A DNA stretch of 64,000 nucleotides from Candidatus Poribacteria bacterium (GTDB lineage: Bacteria > Poribacteria > WGA-4E > JAJDTR01), in contig CBDCTK010000002.1 in the NCBI GenBank assembly GCA_965222225.1, forward strand, positions 4,960,001 to 5,024,000. Direction: 5' to 3'. Shown piece after piece: positions 1 to 10,010 of this stretch. A program made the position numbers and the translations under genes. Each line of letters starts with the position of its first letter. The first letter of the stretch is position 1. The notes under the pieces were generated by a model. The model searched no databases and was not told the origin of the DNA. It saw nothing but the letters and a program-made list of their open reading frames with translations.

Positions 1-756
1 GAACTCTCCGAGGACGGGATGGAGTTACTGACTCGGATTGCGGATGGAGACATTCGACTCGCTCTCAATGCCTTGGAGCTCGCGGTGCAAATGTGTAAGC
101 CTGACGACGAGCGCCGCCGGCGTCTTGACGCGGAAATCGTTCATACGGCTGTACAGAAACGGTTGTTGCGCCACGATAAGGCGGGCGACGAGCATTACAA
201 CCTGATTTCGGCATTCATCAAGAGCGTGCGGGGCTCCGACCCCGACGCTGCTGTTTACTGGTTGGCTCGATTGCTGGAAGGCGGAGAGGAACCGCGTTTC
301 ATAGCGCGCCGAATGGTGATTCTAGCTTCTGAGGATGTGGGCAATGCGGATCCGCAAGCGTTGTTAGTCGCCGACGCAGCGGCGAGAGCAGTTGAATTCG
401 TCGGTCTTCCGGAAGCACAATTGAACCTGGCTCAAGCAGCGGTATATTTGGCATGTGCTCGCAAAAGTAATGCGGTATATATGGCGTTGATCGCAGCTCA
501 AAAAGATGTGCGCGAAGAGCCCGCATATCCGGTACCCCTGCACCTGAGGAACGCACCGACGCAGCTTATGCGCGACTTAAACTATGGAAAGGGATACCAG
601 TATGCACACGATTTTCCCGGTCATGTGACAAACCAAGAAAACCTGCCCGAGGCCTTACGAGGAAGAACTTACTACAAGCCTACGGATATCGGTGCAGAGC
701 GGCAAATCCATGAATATTTGAAGGAGATAAGAGAAACGCCGGATGATGACTCGTGA
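1..756 (+). CDS. rarA: Replication-associated recombination protein A (MgsA/RarA AAA+ ATPase), C-terminal part; 5' end lies outside the window
   Basis: ADGDIRLALNALE, HYNLISAFIKSVRGSDPDAA, ASEDVGNADP, VPLHLRNAPT, YQYAHD motifs; frame open from base 1. Confidence 0.93.
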   Translation, partial: ELSEDGMELLTRIADGDIRLALNALELAVQMCKPDDERRRRLDAEIVHTAVQKRLLRHDKAGDEHYNLISAFIKSVRGSDPDAAVYWLARLLEGGEEPRFIARRMVILASEDVGNADPQALLVADAAARAVEFVGLPEAQLNLAQAAVYLACARKSNAVYMALIAAQKDVREEPAYPVPLHLRNAPTQLMRDLNYGKGYQYAHDFPGHVTNQENLPEALRGRTYYKPTDIGAERQIHEYLKEIRETPDDDS

Positions 757-780
757 AGAGTAAGTTTGACTTGTACAGTT

Positions 781-881
781 GTAGGGTGGGATCAACTGAG
801 CGAATAGTGAAGGCGATAGAAGATCCCAATAGAAATCCTAGGACGATAAAGATCCCACTGCGATAGAAGTCCCCGCCCACC
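781..881 (+). repeat. GTAG-type REP palindrome (GTAGGGTGGG...CGCCCACC) interrupted by one full and several truncated GA-hairpin units
   Basis: Intact version GTAGGGTGGGCACCGCCCACC occurs on the minus strand near 24672-24692. Confidence 0.75.
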
Positions 882-891
882 ATCTTTTTTA

Positions 892-1272
892 GAACCTGTT
901 TGAAAATTCATTTCGGGTAGAACTTTTGTCCTGAAACCGAGTATTTTCTTGAAAACACCGTTTCTTTCTTGCGCAATCCCGTAGGGTGCGCACTGCGATC
1001 AAGTGACCGAATAGGGAACGCGATAGAGATCCCACCAGCCTTTGTGAGCCCCAGAGTGGGATCAAGGGAGCGAGTAGCGACTGCGATAGAGATCCATGAA
1101 GGTTTATAGAAACGCCGAAACCCAAGAATCTAAGCCCTAGCGTGGGATCAAACGAACGGATAGTGAGTGCGATAGAGATTCCACAGGTATGTAGCAGACA
1201 AGAACAGAAACATGAAAAAACTTCCTACAAAGTGACCAAAATTGCTTTGCCACCTATTATTCAAACAGGCTC
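892..1272. mobile_element. MITE-like element with GAACCTGTTTGAA / TTCAAACAGGCTC terminal inverted repeats and TTA target duplication (IS5-family-like ends); contains nested REP and GA-hairpin units
   Basis: TTA at 889-891 and 1273-1275 flanks the inverted ends; related ends at 24043, 24334, ~40094 and ~40360. Confidence 0.6.
997..1182 (+). repeat. Three GA-hairpin repeat units (GATCAA-NN-GA-NN-GRRTA-NN-GA-NN-GCGATAGA) starting at 997, 1060 and 1146
   Basis: Direct alignment of the copies; NN pairs are complementary. Confidence 0.85.
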
Positions 1273-1332
1273 TTAGTCCTGTAGGTTTTCCGCCGCTTAA
1301 TATAGTCATTACAACTAAGAGTTTTACATTTC

Positions 1333-1435
1333 TGTAGGAGCGATCTCCTATCGCGAGCAAAACTCGCTCCTACAGAAGACGCGCAATAAAGGGATTTCTA
1401 TCGCAGTCGCTATTCGCTCCCTTGATCGCGACTAC
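1333..1435. repeat. Inverted GTAG-REP pair (GTAGGAGCG...CGCTCCTAC) plus a minus-strand REP carrying a GA-hairpin unit (1391-1427)
   Basis: TGTAGGAGCGATCTCC...AACTCGCTCCTACA; reverse strand reads GTAGTCGCG-ATCAAGGGAGCGAATAGCGACTGCGATAGAAATCC-CTTTATTGCGCGT. Confidence 0.7.
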
Positions 1436-1730
1436 AAACCGAACAGTGTAAATCCTATATGCATAATTCTTGGTTGAAATGACTATATCTGTTGTAATCA
1501 CGGCAGAAACCACCCGGTAGTTGGAAGTGTCAAGCAGTTGTGTCAAGAGCGCATACATCGGGGCCTCCAGAACCATATTGGGTACCATTGCAATTAACTT
1601 GAACTCATAGGGCAAACGCGCGTTCCCGTAGCAAGTTTCATTCCCACACTTAACCCTGAAAACCCAATATAAATTGCAACCTTCGTCATCGGTAAGTGTG
1701 TACATCGGCGGGAGTCGCGGAGGATTGATT

Positions 1731-2339
1731 ATGCCTGAACTCGACGATGAATTGATGAAACGCTTCCGGAAAGGGGATGTGGACGCATTTAATCTTATTG
1801 TACGGCGCCACCGCGTTTCCCTTGTAAATTTCATCGCGCACTTCATTGGCGGTAATCGCGATTCCGCTGAAGACTTGGCGCAAGAGACCTTTGTTCGCAT
1901 GTTCAAGGCGTCGAGCCGCTATAAAGCGGGTACAGCCAAATTTAGCACGTGGATGTATCATATTGCGTCAAACCTCTGTAAGAATGAATTACGAAATCGG
2001 GGAAGACGTGGTCGCTTCTTCGTAGATAATGTTGGAACGAACGGTGAAGATACCGGTCAATCGGCGAGAGAAGACTTAATTGCCACGGCTCCCGCAGATT
2101 CCGCGTTTCAACCCGAAATAGAATTGGAACGAAAGGAGTTACAACACACCGTACAAAATGCTATCGCAGAATTACCTGAACGATATCGATTGCCAGTTTC
2201 ACTCCGTGATTTGCAAGGTCTGAGCTACGAAGAGATAAGTGAGGTTTTGAACTTACCGCTGGGCACAACCAAGTCGCGGATCAATCGTGCGAGGTTAATG
2301 CTCAAGGATAAATTAAGGAGTTTCGTGGAGTCACTATGA
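1731..2339 (+). CDS. ECF RNA polymerase sigma factor (RpoE/SigW-like)
   Basis: Region 2 SAEDLAQETFVR and FSTWMYHIASN; region 4 GLSYEEISEVLNLPLGTTKSRINRAR; GGAGG RBS before ATG 1731. Confidence 0.93.
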   Translation: MPELDDELMKRFRKGDVDAFNLIVRRHRVSLVNFIAHFIGGNRDSAEDLAQETFVRMFKASSRYKAGTAKFSTWMYHIASNLCKNELRNRGRRGRFFVDNVGTNGEDTGQSAREDLIATAPADSAFQPEIELERKELQHTVQNAIAELPERYRLPVSLRDLQGLSYEEISEVLNLPLGTTKSRINRARLMLKDKLRSFVESL

Positions 2340-2938
2340 ATTGCTTAATGGCAGAAGAGCACTTCTCCGCATACCTTGAAGACGAACTAGACTATCGGAC
2401 AATAAAGGAATTTGAAGCGCATCTTACAGATTGCGGATCGTGCAGCAGTGAATTTGCGCTGTTTCGTAAATCGGTAAACTTACTTCATCAACTACCGCGT
2501 ATTGAACCCTCATCGGGCTTTGACCGTTCCATGCAGTCTAGAGTTGGCAATCTTGATGTCGATAGAATTCCCGGTTGGCATCAATTCCTTGATTCCCTAC
2601 GCACTCGGCCTGTGTGGGCATTCAGTGGGATTGCCACTATTTTGCTCGTTGGATTACTTACCGCCTACTTTTACCAGAACGGTCTGGATGGGTATAATCC
2701 CTCCTCGTCCGGAATTGTGTTTGAGACTGATTCAAGCCCGGCCTATCGGCGTGTAGACAGAATCGATACTCAGGAGCCATCGGCTCTGCGGGTGCATCAA
2801 GTCAATGTTCCGTTAGATTTTGGCAGTGGAGGTTTTTCTGGAAGAGAAGTCTTGGAATGGCGCCCGCAGCGTACTCAACAAAATTTTATCTTACAAACGG
2901 TTAATTATAGCTCTGCGCCCCGTGGCGGAGGCTTGTAA
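2336..2938 (+). CDS. Zinc-finger (zf-HC2) membrane-anchored anti-sigma factor
   Basis: HLTDCGSC HxxxCxxC motif, one TM helix, ATGA overlap with the sigma gene. Confidence 0.88.
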   Translation: MNCLMAEEHFSAYLEDELDYRTIKEFEAHLTDCGSCSSEFALFRKSVNLLHQLPRIEPSSGFDRSMQSRVGNLDVDRIPGWHQFLDSLRTRPVWAFSGIATILLVGLLTAYFYQNGLDGYNPSSSGIVFETDSSPAYRRVDRIDTQEPSALRVHQVNVPLDFGSGGFSGREVLEWRPQRTQQNFILQTVNYSSAPRGGGL

Positions 2939-2961
2939 AGGCACCGAGAAGGTCTTGGAAG

Positions 2962-4050
2962 ATGCGACTTAGAACACTGCGAATTAAACTTGCCATCGGT
3001 TTCGGAATCGCGCTACTCTACTTAACTTCCCACCTATCTGCAGAACAGAATATATTGCAGTCCATGGAACAACAGTTTCAGACGATTGTAAACGCAGTAA
3101 AGCCTTCTGTGGTAGAGGTCATCGCGACGCACGAAGTTACTGAAGTCAGATTGGGACCAGTCTTCAAGAGTTTCGAGGATACCGTCCGCGGTAAATCGGT
3201 TCCCGTACAACACCACCAGAACATTGGCTCGGGCATCGTGATCGATTCAGATGGGCACATTGTAACGATGGGGGCGGTGGTTGGGAACGCGGACAAGATT
3301 GAAGTAGAATTCATGGGGGGACAGCGTCAACCCGCGGTGCTCTTGGGAATCGACGCCTACTCCGATATTGCGGTCCTCCGAGTTGAGCATGACTATCCTA
3401 CCAAGACAGTCCTTGGCGATTCCGATCAGCTTCGCGCCGGATCGTGGGTTGTGACTGTCGGGTGTTCTTTTGGGGCATGCGCAACGTTGTCGTTTGGAAT
3501 TGTAAATGGGCTTGAGGTGTTGTCGGATAATCCACACTATGAAGCCATCCAAATCAACGCGCCTGTAAAGCCCGGGAATAGCGGAGGTGCTGTTGCGAAT
3601 ACGTCCGGTCAGATAGTGGGTGTCATCACTGCCACACTTGCCCACACACCGATTGCGCACAAGAACCGATCGTCGGATGGACCTCTCCTGTCTAACAGGA
3701 TTTTATCGGGGCAGGATATAAGTTTTGCCATGCCGATAAAAACCGTCCAAACAATAGCTAGCCATATAATAAAGCATGGTGAAATGCCGAGAGGTTGGCT
3801 AGGAGTCTGGGTAGACCACCATGATGCCCGGGGGGTACAGGTCACAAGCGTTGCTGAGAAAAGTCCCGCTGAAGACGCAGGCATTCTACGGCGAGATATA
3901 ATCGTGGATTTCAACGGTACGCCAATTGATACATACGACGATTTGATTAAGCTAGTAACATCTTTGGCTCCGAATACGCCAGTGAAAGTCAGGGTATTGC
4001 GGGGCAATGAACACCTCGCTTTGGACGCGGTGCTCGGCACGAGAGACTGA
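2962..4050 (+). CDS. HtrA/DegP-like trypsin-fold protein with one PDZ domain; catalytic His appears absent
   Basis: Signal peptide, GSGIVID, SDIAVL, PGNSGG, RGWLGV PDZ; TMGAVV where HtrA has TNxHVV. Confidence 0.85.
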   Translation: MRLRTLRIKLAIGFGIALLYLTSHLSAEQNILQSMEQQFQTIVNAVKPSVVEVIATHEVTEVRLGPVFKSFEDTVRGKSVPVQHHQNIGSGIVIDSDGHIVTMGAVVGNADKIEVEFMGGQRQPAVLLGIDAYSDIAVLRVEHDYPTKTVLGDSDQLRAGSWVVTVGCSFGACATLSFGIVNGLEVLSDNPHYEAIQINAPVKPGNSGGAVANTSGQIVGVITATLAHTPIAHKNRSSDGPLLSNRILSGQDISFAMPIKTVQTIASHIIKHGEMPRGWLGVWVDHHDARGVQVTSVAEKSPAEDAGILRRDIIVDFNGTPIDTYDDLIKLVTSLAPNTPVKVRVLRGNEHLALDAVLGTRD

Positions 4051-4088
4051 ATTCCTCCTTGCTCTTGCCAATTTGGAAAGTTCCCTCC

Positions 4089-4478
4089 CTATTTCCCCTC
4101 TTTCCCCGAATCCAACATAATTTGTGCAAACATCATTACGTCGTTTCGGAACTCCGGCGTAAAATCCTCCGCTTGCTTTACTTTTGAAAAGTTCCCAAAC
4201 ACCGACTCTAGAGTCTCGCAAAATTCCTTCGATTTACCTGTCGCCTGCGCTTCCTGGGTCATCTCCTGAAAAATCCTAACCTTAGCAGCTTCCTCTCTTT
4301 CTGCTTGTACTTCCTTTATAGATTTGTCATAGGTTAATCGAAGGGTTTCAACGATGTGGTACGCCATTGATCTGCCATACTTCTGAGAATCTCTTTTTGC
4401 GCCATCATAAATTTCAAATGGCACTAGTATGCTTATCTGCTTTTTTAACGAATGCTTTGGTTGTCGATATTCTTTCAT
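4089..4478 (-). CDS. Hypothetical protein, possible ribbon-helix-helix N-terminus
   Basis: ORF downstream of the recombinase; KQISILVPFEIYDGAKRDSQKYGRSMAYHIVETL resembles an RHH pattern; start uncertain. Confidence 0.5.
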   Translation of the reverse strand: MKEYRQPKHSLKKQISILVPFEIYDGAKRDSQKYGRSMAYHIVETLRLTYDKSIKEVQAEREEAAKVRIFQEMTQEAQATGKSKEFCETLESVFGNFSKVKQAEDFTPEFRNDVMMFAQIMLDSGKEGK

Positions 4479-4638
4479 GGCTATCCTCGGGAATTCTAAG
4501 TCCTGAAAATAATAAACTTCCAAATGCACAATTTGAAATGTTATCCTTCGGATAATTATACCATATACAGATGTGGCTATGCAAATCGTAATTCATCGTT
4601 ATTTATGGGATATAGTAAACTTGGTATATACAGCAATT

Positions 4639-5544
4639 CTATTCCCATGAAATGCTGTCCATAGTCATATGTAAGTCCCGTTCTGTAGGCATTGTATAAA
4701 GTGACGTTGTATTAATACTGGAATGTCCTAAAATTTTCGCTACTCTATCAATTGGGTTTCCGGCATCTATAAGGTTCTTAGCACAAGTATGTCGAAGGAT
4801 GTGAGGAGACACATTTGGTATTTTGGATAAATAGCTATATTTCTTTATCAGATATCGAACTCCTCTATCCGTTAGTGGCATCTGTTTCTGACCATAGAAC
4901 AGAAACTCGGCGTTTTTACTCCCAGCCATATCGGCTACTATGCCATTCTGGCTTCCAATCGTCTTGATGTAGTCTTTCAAAACTCTCGATACAGTCGGAT
5001 TTAACGGTATATTCCGGCGTTTAGTGCCCTTCCCTTCACGCACCGTAAGCATATTACTATTATCTGAAATAGAAATATCGGAAACTCTGAGATTACATAG
5101 CTCGCTTACACGTATCCCAGTATGAAGGAGCACGGTAATAATCGCTAAATCCCTTATTTTACCGGTTCTGCGTACTGCCCGCAGCAATGCGAGTTGTTCT
5201 TTGCGGTCTAGAGCGCGTGGCCCAAGAGGCTCTTCGACGACATTGCGCACTCCTTCCACCGGGTTGTTCGGAATTAAATTGCAGTCTTGTGCCCATTGAC
5301 AGAAACCTGAGATGCTAATCAACGTACGGTTTATCGTAGCGGGCCTCTTATGCTCGCGCAGCATCGAATTTCGGTAGTCAATCACATCCATTGGTGTGAT
5401 GTTGTCAGGGGTAGCCAATTCGCCGGTAGTGCGCTGCAACCAAATTGAAAACAGCCGTAAATCTGCCATATAGGCTCTTATGGTGTGCTCGGACTTGTCG
5501 TGGTCGCAGAGATGGTCTTGATAATCCTGCAAAAAATCGTTCAT
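4639..5544 (-). CDS. Tyrosine recombinase, TnpI/Xer-like
   Basis: TGIRVSEL (R), GKGTKRR (K), PHILRHT (HxxR), LGHSSINTTSLYT (H,Y); SAM-like N-domain. Confidence 0.92.
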   Translation of the reverse strand: MNDFLQDYQDHLCDHDKSEHTIRAYMADLRLFSIWLQRTTGELATPDNITPMDVIDYRNSMLREHKRPATINRTLISISGFCQWAQDCNLIPNNPVEGVRNVVEEPLGPRALDRKEQLALLRAVRRTGKIRDLAIITVLLHTGIRVSELCNLRVSDISISDNSNMLTVREGKGTKRRNIPLNPTVSRVLKDYIKTIGSQNGIVADMAGSKNAEFLFYGQKQMPLTDRGVRYLIKKYSYLSKIPNVSPHILRHTCAKNLIDAGNPIDRVAKILGHSSINTTSLYTMPTERDLHMTMDSISWE

Positions 5545-5555
5545 ATTTGCTGTAT

Positions 5556-5681
5556 CTTATCGGACATATTTTTAGTGAACGCAGTCTATACAAGGGTTTG
5601 AACGTTGTTAATCGAGTGGCTGTTTCACTTATCGGACATAAAAAAGCCCTAGAACGTCCGATAAGGTTAATTATCGGACAT
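5556..5681. promoter_or_regulatory. Putative recombination (res/IRS-like) site: 11-6-11 inverted core plus two direct repeats
   Basis: ACGTCCGATAA-GGTTAA-TTATCGGACAT at 5654-5681; CTTATCGGACATA at 5556-5568 and 5628-5640. Confidence 0.8.
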
Positions 5682-6209
5682 TTTAGGACTGAAGGTTCTT
5701 ACACCCAATAAAAACATACTATTTGACGTCTTAAGGGTGTTTAATCTTGGAACTCAGGCAAATCGGTGTGTACTAGCAATCTCGGGCTATTAAATGAAGA
5801 TACAATTTTCATTCACTGCGCGCTTTCTGTAGGAGCGATCTCCGAATCGCGACCACCCCACTCGTCATAGTTATTAAATCACAAACTCGTAGCGCTTCAA
5901 AATCAATACTGACGAAAAAGGAATCGCTCTTACTGACGTACACGCGGGTGTAGAGATTGATAAATTAACGCCGGACTTGCAACAATGAATGCTCCGCCAG
6001 AGATTTCGGATTTACCGGCGACTAGGAAGGGCTGTTTTCCTATCCAAGTGAGCTAAATCCTCCGCCTCATGCACCTAATCAAATGTTTCCGCTGGTTACC
6101 TGCTGTTCCTTTCCATCAACTGAATCATGTTCATTCGCTCAAGCGCGGCGCGAATCTAGTCTATTGGTATTGAGTGGTTCTTTCGCTAAGTAAATAATTC
6201 ATCCGAAAC

Positions 6210-6322
6210 CGATCAAAGACCCGAATAGATTAACCGAGTGAATAACGAGAACGTTAGGAATCCCACTGTCTTGTCGCTCCAGAGGGGATCAAGCGAACGG
6301 ATAGTGAGTGCGATAGAAATCC
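6210..6322 (+). repeat. GA-hairpin repeat units (intact unit 6287-6322, degenerate units upstream)
   Basis: GATCAAGCGAACGGATAGTGAGTGCGATAGAAATCC. Confidence 0.75.
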
Positions 6323-6599
6323 TCCATGTGAGACTGTCTACTGTACGTTGTCGTGCTTTCCGGCAGTCAAAATACGCACTCCTTATATCTTATTCTCTTA
6401 GCGAATAAACCATTGAGTCGGTGCTTGGGGTCCAGGCATCCTATTTCACCTAATTTTCTGACGAGACCGCGAGAAGTCGTTCGTTATGATAAATAGCGTC
6501 ATTTACTCCCGAGGTTGACTCATTTGGATTCGGTTAATTAGAGCTACCTGAAGTTTCAATTCATCGCAGGAATGACACACTGTTTGGAAATCGAACGAT

Positions 6600-8681
6600 T
6601 TACTGCGCTGCGCCCAGCACGTTTTGCCCGAAGGGGTGATACTTACGTGTTGGCAACAATTGATCTTCGAGTTGAAAGAAATCCTCTGCGAAACTGGTGT
6701 TAAGCAGTGCTTTTCTTATTTCCCACTCCTCTGTGTTGCGGATTTGACGAACACCTTCTTTCATCCAATAGTCGACTCGCGTGATTTTACGTGGATGCCA
6801 AATGCCTGAGGATAATTGGTAGTCAAGAAACTCAATAACCGTTTCAGGAAGTTCGGCATCCGGTGATGAGAAACATTCCATACGCTTGATACCAAATCCC
6901 TTTTCTACATCAATCGTCACCTTCTCGAGCATCTTTCCCCTGACTCCGGTTTGAAAAGTTAGAACATACTCACCGTGACTGCCCTTTATTGAAGAAAGGG
7001 TTTCTATATTTACCTCCCGTAGGTCAATCTCTTGCCATCTACCCAAAAGATGCCACATTCCACCCTCAATTATCAGAGGTAAGCGCAGCCTGGCGACCAT
7101 GCTACTATGGGACACTTGTTCGTGTAGGCCATCAGAAATGAAGTGACTTCGTCACCGGCCCCGTAAAATTCCGCGGCTTCCGCAGTTGCATATTCTTTGA
7201 CATTTTTTCTGGTGAACCGGTACGCAAAGATACGGGCTTTCGTTTTTGCAGAAATGTAAGCGAGCTCGAAAGCAACATTCCACTTTTCATGGAGTTGCTC
7301 TTCTCCCGCCAGTACCTGGGATAAATATTGGCGAGATAACCGTATATTTTTTTCGTGATTTGTGCGATAACGGGGACGGTTCTGGACCTCAAGTGATAAC
7401 TCTGAAAACCGTTCATCCAGCTCATGAATAGCGGCTTGTGATTTGCCACGCGCTTCTGCCTGGGATATTCTTGCAACTGTGTCTCGCTTGTAGATGATTT
7501 CCAATTCGCCGCTGGATACTTCGGTTTGGGCAGATTGGAGACCTTCAAGAACCGCCTCAAGTGACAATTCTGCTTCCGCCACCCGCATCGCCCCCATCTG
7601 TACGGCAAAAAAGGTCATGATGCAGCATCCGACGACAACGGCTAGCTTCGTCAACGGACGCCGGTTTAAGTTTTCGGCGAGAATCGTTCGGATTCGTTCT
7701 TCAATTCTTGATGAACGCGCTATCGCCACCGCCGTTCGCGAAACCGAGCCAACCGCCTTCACATTTCGCGCATTATCAAGTAAGTGCTCAGCGTAGTTGG
7801 TCGATTGATACCCCGCGTTGAGGACATGGTCATCGCACGCCCGCTCCGCCTCAACCCGCCTCCGAACGCGCCGCAAACCACACGAGTGGATTAAACCAGT
7901 AGACCGCACATCACGTGTGCGATTAACTGTGACTCCCAGTCTCATTCCGCTGGATGTGCGCCAATTCGTGGAGCAGAACAGCGCGTAGCCGTTCCTCTTG
8001 CCAGTTGCTCGCATCAGCGGGCAACAAAATCGTTGGGTGGAAAACCCCCCAAACCATCGGCACGGTGACTGCGTTGCTTTTTTTGACTCTAACCTGTCGC
8101 TTCCAACCGAGTCGCAAGCCCTGTATTGAACCGCTGAAATCGTCGCTGCGGGCGGTGATGTGCCAAACGGCACCCACGCCAACAACCAAACGGGCGAGCA
8201 GAAACAGTCCGACCGACGCCCAGGCCAACGCCAGCCAATCAGTCCAATGGAGGGAGACGAAGGTCGTCCACGACCCGTCCAAATGAGGGGCACTGCTCTC
8301 GCCGGTCGCGGGTTCCGGTTGAATTCGCGCTGGTGTGGCGTGGGTTAATGACGCCGCGGTTGTCGGCAACGGCCGTGGTGCCATTGGAACCGGTGTGACG
8401 GCGAGCTGATTGTCCTCTATCCACACATTTGTCTCAAATCCGACCGGCTTTCCCGGCAGGACGCCAATCTCATACGGCGAAAGCGTGAGAAAAAATACCG
8501 AGACCATGAGGCATCCGAGGATTGCGATGTTCCAAACCAACCCCCGCAATGCCGCTGATTTACTGCGCAAAAGAAATGCCAATACTCCGGCAACAGCGAA
8601 AATCACTAGGCTCTTCATCGTAGCGTTAAGTAGAAATCTCAACCAAGAGTTGGAATTGAGCACATCAATTAATTGCATCAT
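6600..8681 (-). pseudogene. BlaR1/M56 family peptidase with extracellular C-terminal domain, multiply frameshifted
   Basis: AVLLHELAHIQR, YWFNPLVW and EAERACDDHVL lie in different frames near 7860-7950; further shift near 7100. Confidence 0.8.
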
Positions 8682-9067
8682 GAGGATTTGCCTCCCTTCT
8701 TGGCTTGTTCAATGAGTTGACTTAAGCGGTCAAGTTCGTCATCCGAGATTTCGGCGTCGGAAACCAATGTTGCTACCGTTTTTTCAACCGATTTATCGAA
8801 GAAAGTTTGAACAATCTGTTTCAGCGCGGAACGTCCCACTTGATGGCGCGGTTGCGTGGCGCGATAGATATAACGCGGCCCATCTTTTTCGTGGACGAGA
8901 TGCCCCTTCTCCTCCAAAATCCGTAAAAGCGCGCGAACCGTGGAATAACTGGGTGCGTCCGGCGGCTCCGACAGCACATCGGCAACAGAAGCGCTTCCGC
9001 GTTCGTAGATAATATTCATTATCTGCCGCTCACGGCGACTGAGTCTTACGGTACGATAATCTTTCAT
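8678..9067 (-). CDS. BlaI/MecI/CopY family transcriptional repressor
   Basis: LSRRERQIMNIIY, YSTVRALLRILEEKGHL, FFDKS; overlaps the M56 start. Confidence 0.92.
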   Translation of the reverse strand: MKDYRTVRLSRRERQIMNIIYERGSASVADVLSEPPDAPSYSTVRALLRILEEKGHLVHEKDGPRYIYRATQPRHQVGRSALKQIVQTFFDKSVEKTVATLVSDAEISDDELDRLSQLIEQAKKGGKSS

Positions 9068-9196
9068 TATGTCACCTCTTTCGGAAAGATGCGAATATTT
9101 TAGCATCAAAGGCAAAATAAACAACACCCATCAAGAAAACGGTGAAACTAAACCATTCGCACCAATGCGCCCACTGTATTCAGTCTATAGATTGTC

Positions 9197-9730
9197 TCAA
9201 GTCGCTTTCGGCAGGTACTGGGACAATAGCTTGTCAACGCTCTCCCGCTGGCATCGCTGAAACTTGTCCCACTCGAGCCACCATGGAAACTTGTCACCTG
9301 ACTTGATTAAGCCGAGTATATATGCCTCTTTTCCTAAGCCAAGCTTGTAGTCCCCTTCCTCTTTCCATTGGAACGCGTTGAGGTCTTTCCACTTCGTAAA
9401 CTTACCTTGGGAATTGAGTCCTGCTGCCCTGATCTGAAACCGATTCACGGAGGTAGCAGAGAAAAGAGGGAGTGTTAATCCTAGCAATGGCCACAATTTC
9501 GATGAAGACTCCCAACCGCTATTTATCACGAACACGATATGAAAAAGTATTACAGCGATCCAAATCACAATAAAAAAGCCTAAAGACACCTTGTGGGACC
9601 TCGGTGTAGGAAGATGAAATAGAACACGTCCCATGATTCGCTGTTTCCGGAGCAGATGCCAAGGTAACGCCACCAGAAGCGAGAGAAACAGAACTAGAAA
9701 TACGATATTAAATAGACGCTCAACTAACAC
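9197..9730 (-). CDS. Hypothetical membrane protein (about three TM helices plus soluble C-terminus)
   Basis: 177-aa ORF with GAGGTG RBS and hydrophobic segments. Confidence 0.65.
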   Translation of the reverse strand: MLVERLFNIVFLVLFLSLLVALPWHLLRKQRIMGRVLFHLPTPRSHKVSLGFFIVIWIAVILFHIVFVINSGWESSSKLWPLLGLTLPLFSATSVNRFQIRAAGLNSQGKFTKWKDLNAFQWKEEGDYKLGLGKEAYILGLIKSGDKFPWWLEWDKFQRCQRESVDKLLSQYLPKAT

Positions 9731-10010
9731 CGTTCACACCTCGTTGAATAATCGTTTCTTGGATTGGCACTTGTTCTTGGGTTGTGCCCAATCTAATTCA
9801 TTTGCATCAAGTCGGTTTCAAGAGCGAGGTGGTGTTGTATTGAAAGGTTCCACGGGTTAATCCGGTAGTAGCCGAAGAAGTGGCGTTTGTGACCAGTTGA
9901 CAGTGTGGTCGCGATAAGTTGGGATTTTGCCTAATCATCTAGCGGCTGCTGTCACGAGCGTAAATGCAACTACGCGAGTAAAATGTGCTTTACAACGTAA
10001 CAATTTCCAA

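Noticed and set aside
790-1182. GA-hairpin repeats as a CRISPR array
   Set aside because: Spacing is irregular, the copies are highly variable and dispersed on both strands, and there are no cas genes.
680-1906. Short ORFs over the repeat-rich intergenic region, and antisense ORFs throughout the track
   Set aside because: They are translations of repeats or shadows of well-supported genes on the other strand.
4639-5544. Recombinase as an integron integrase
   Set aside because: It lacks the IntI-specific insertion before the HxxR box and there is no cassette array; the C-terminus resembles TnpI.
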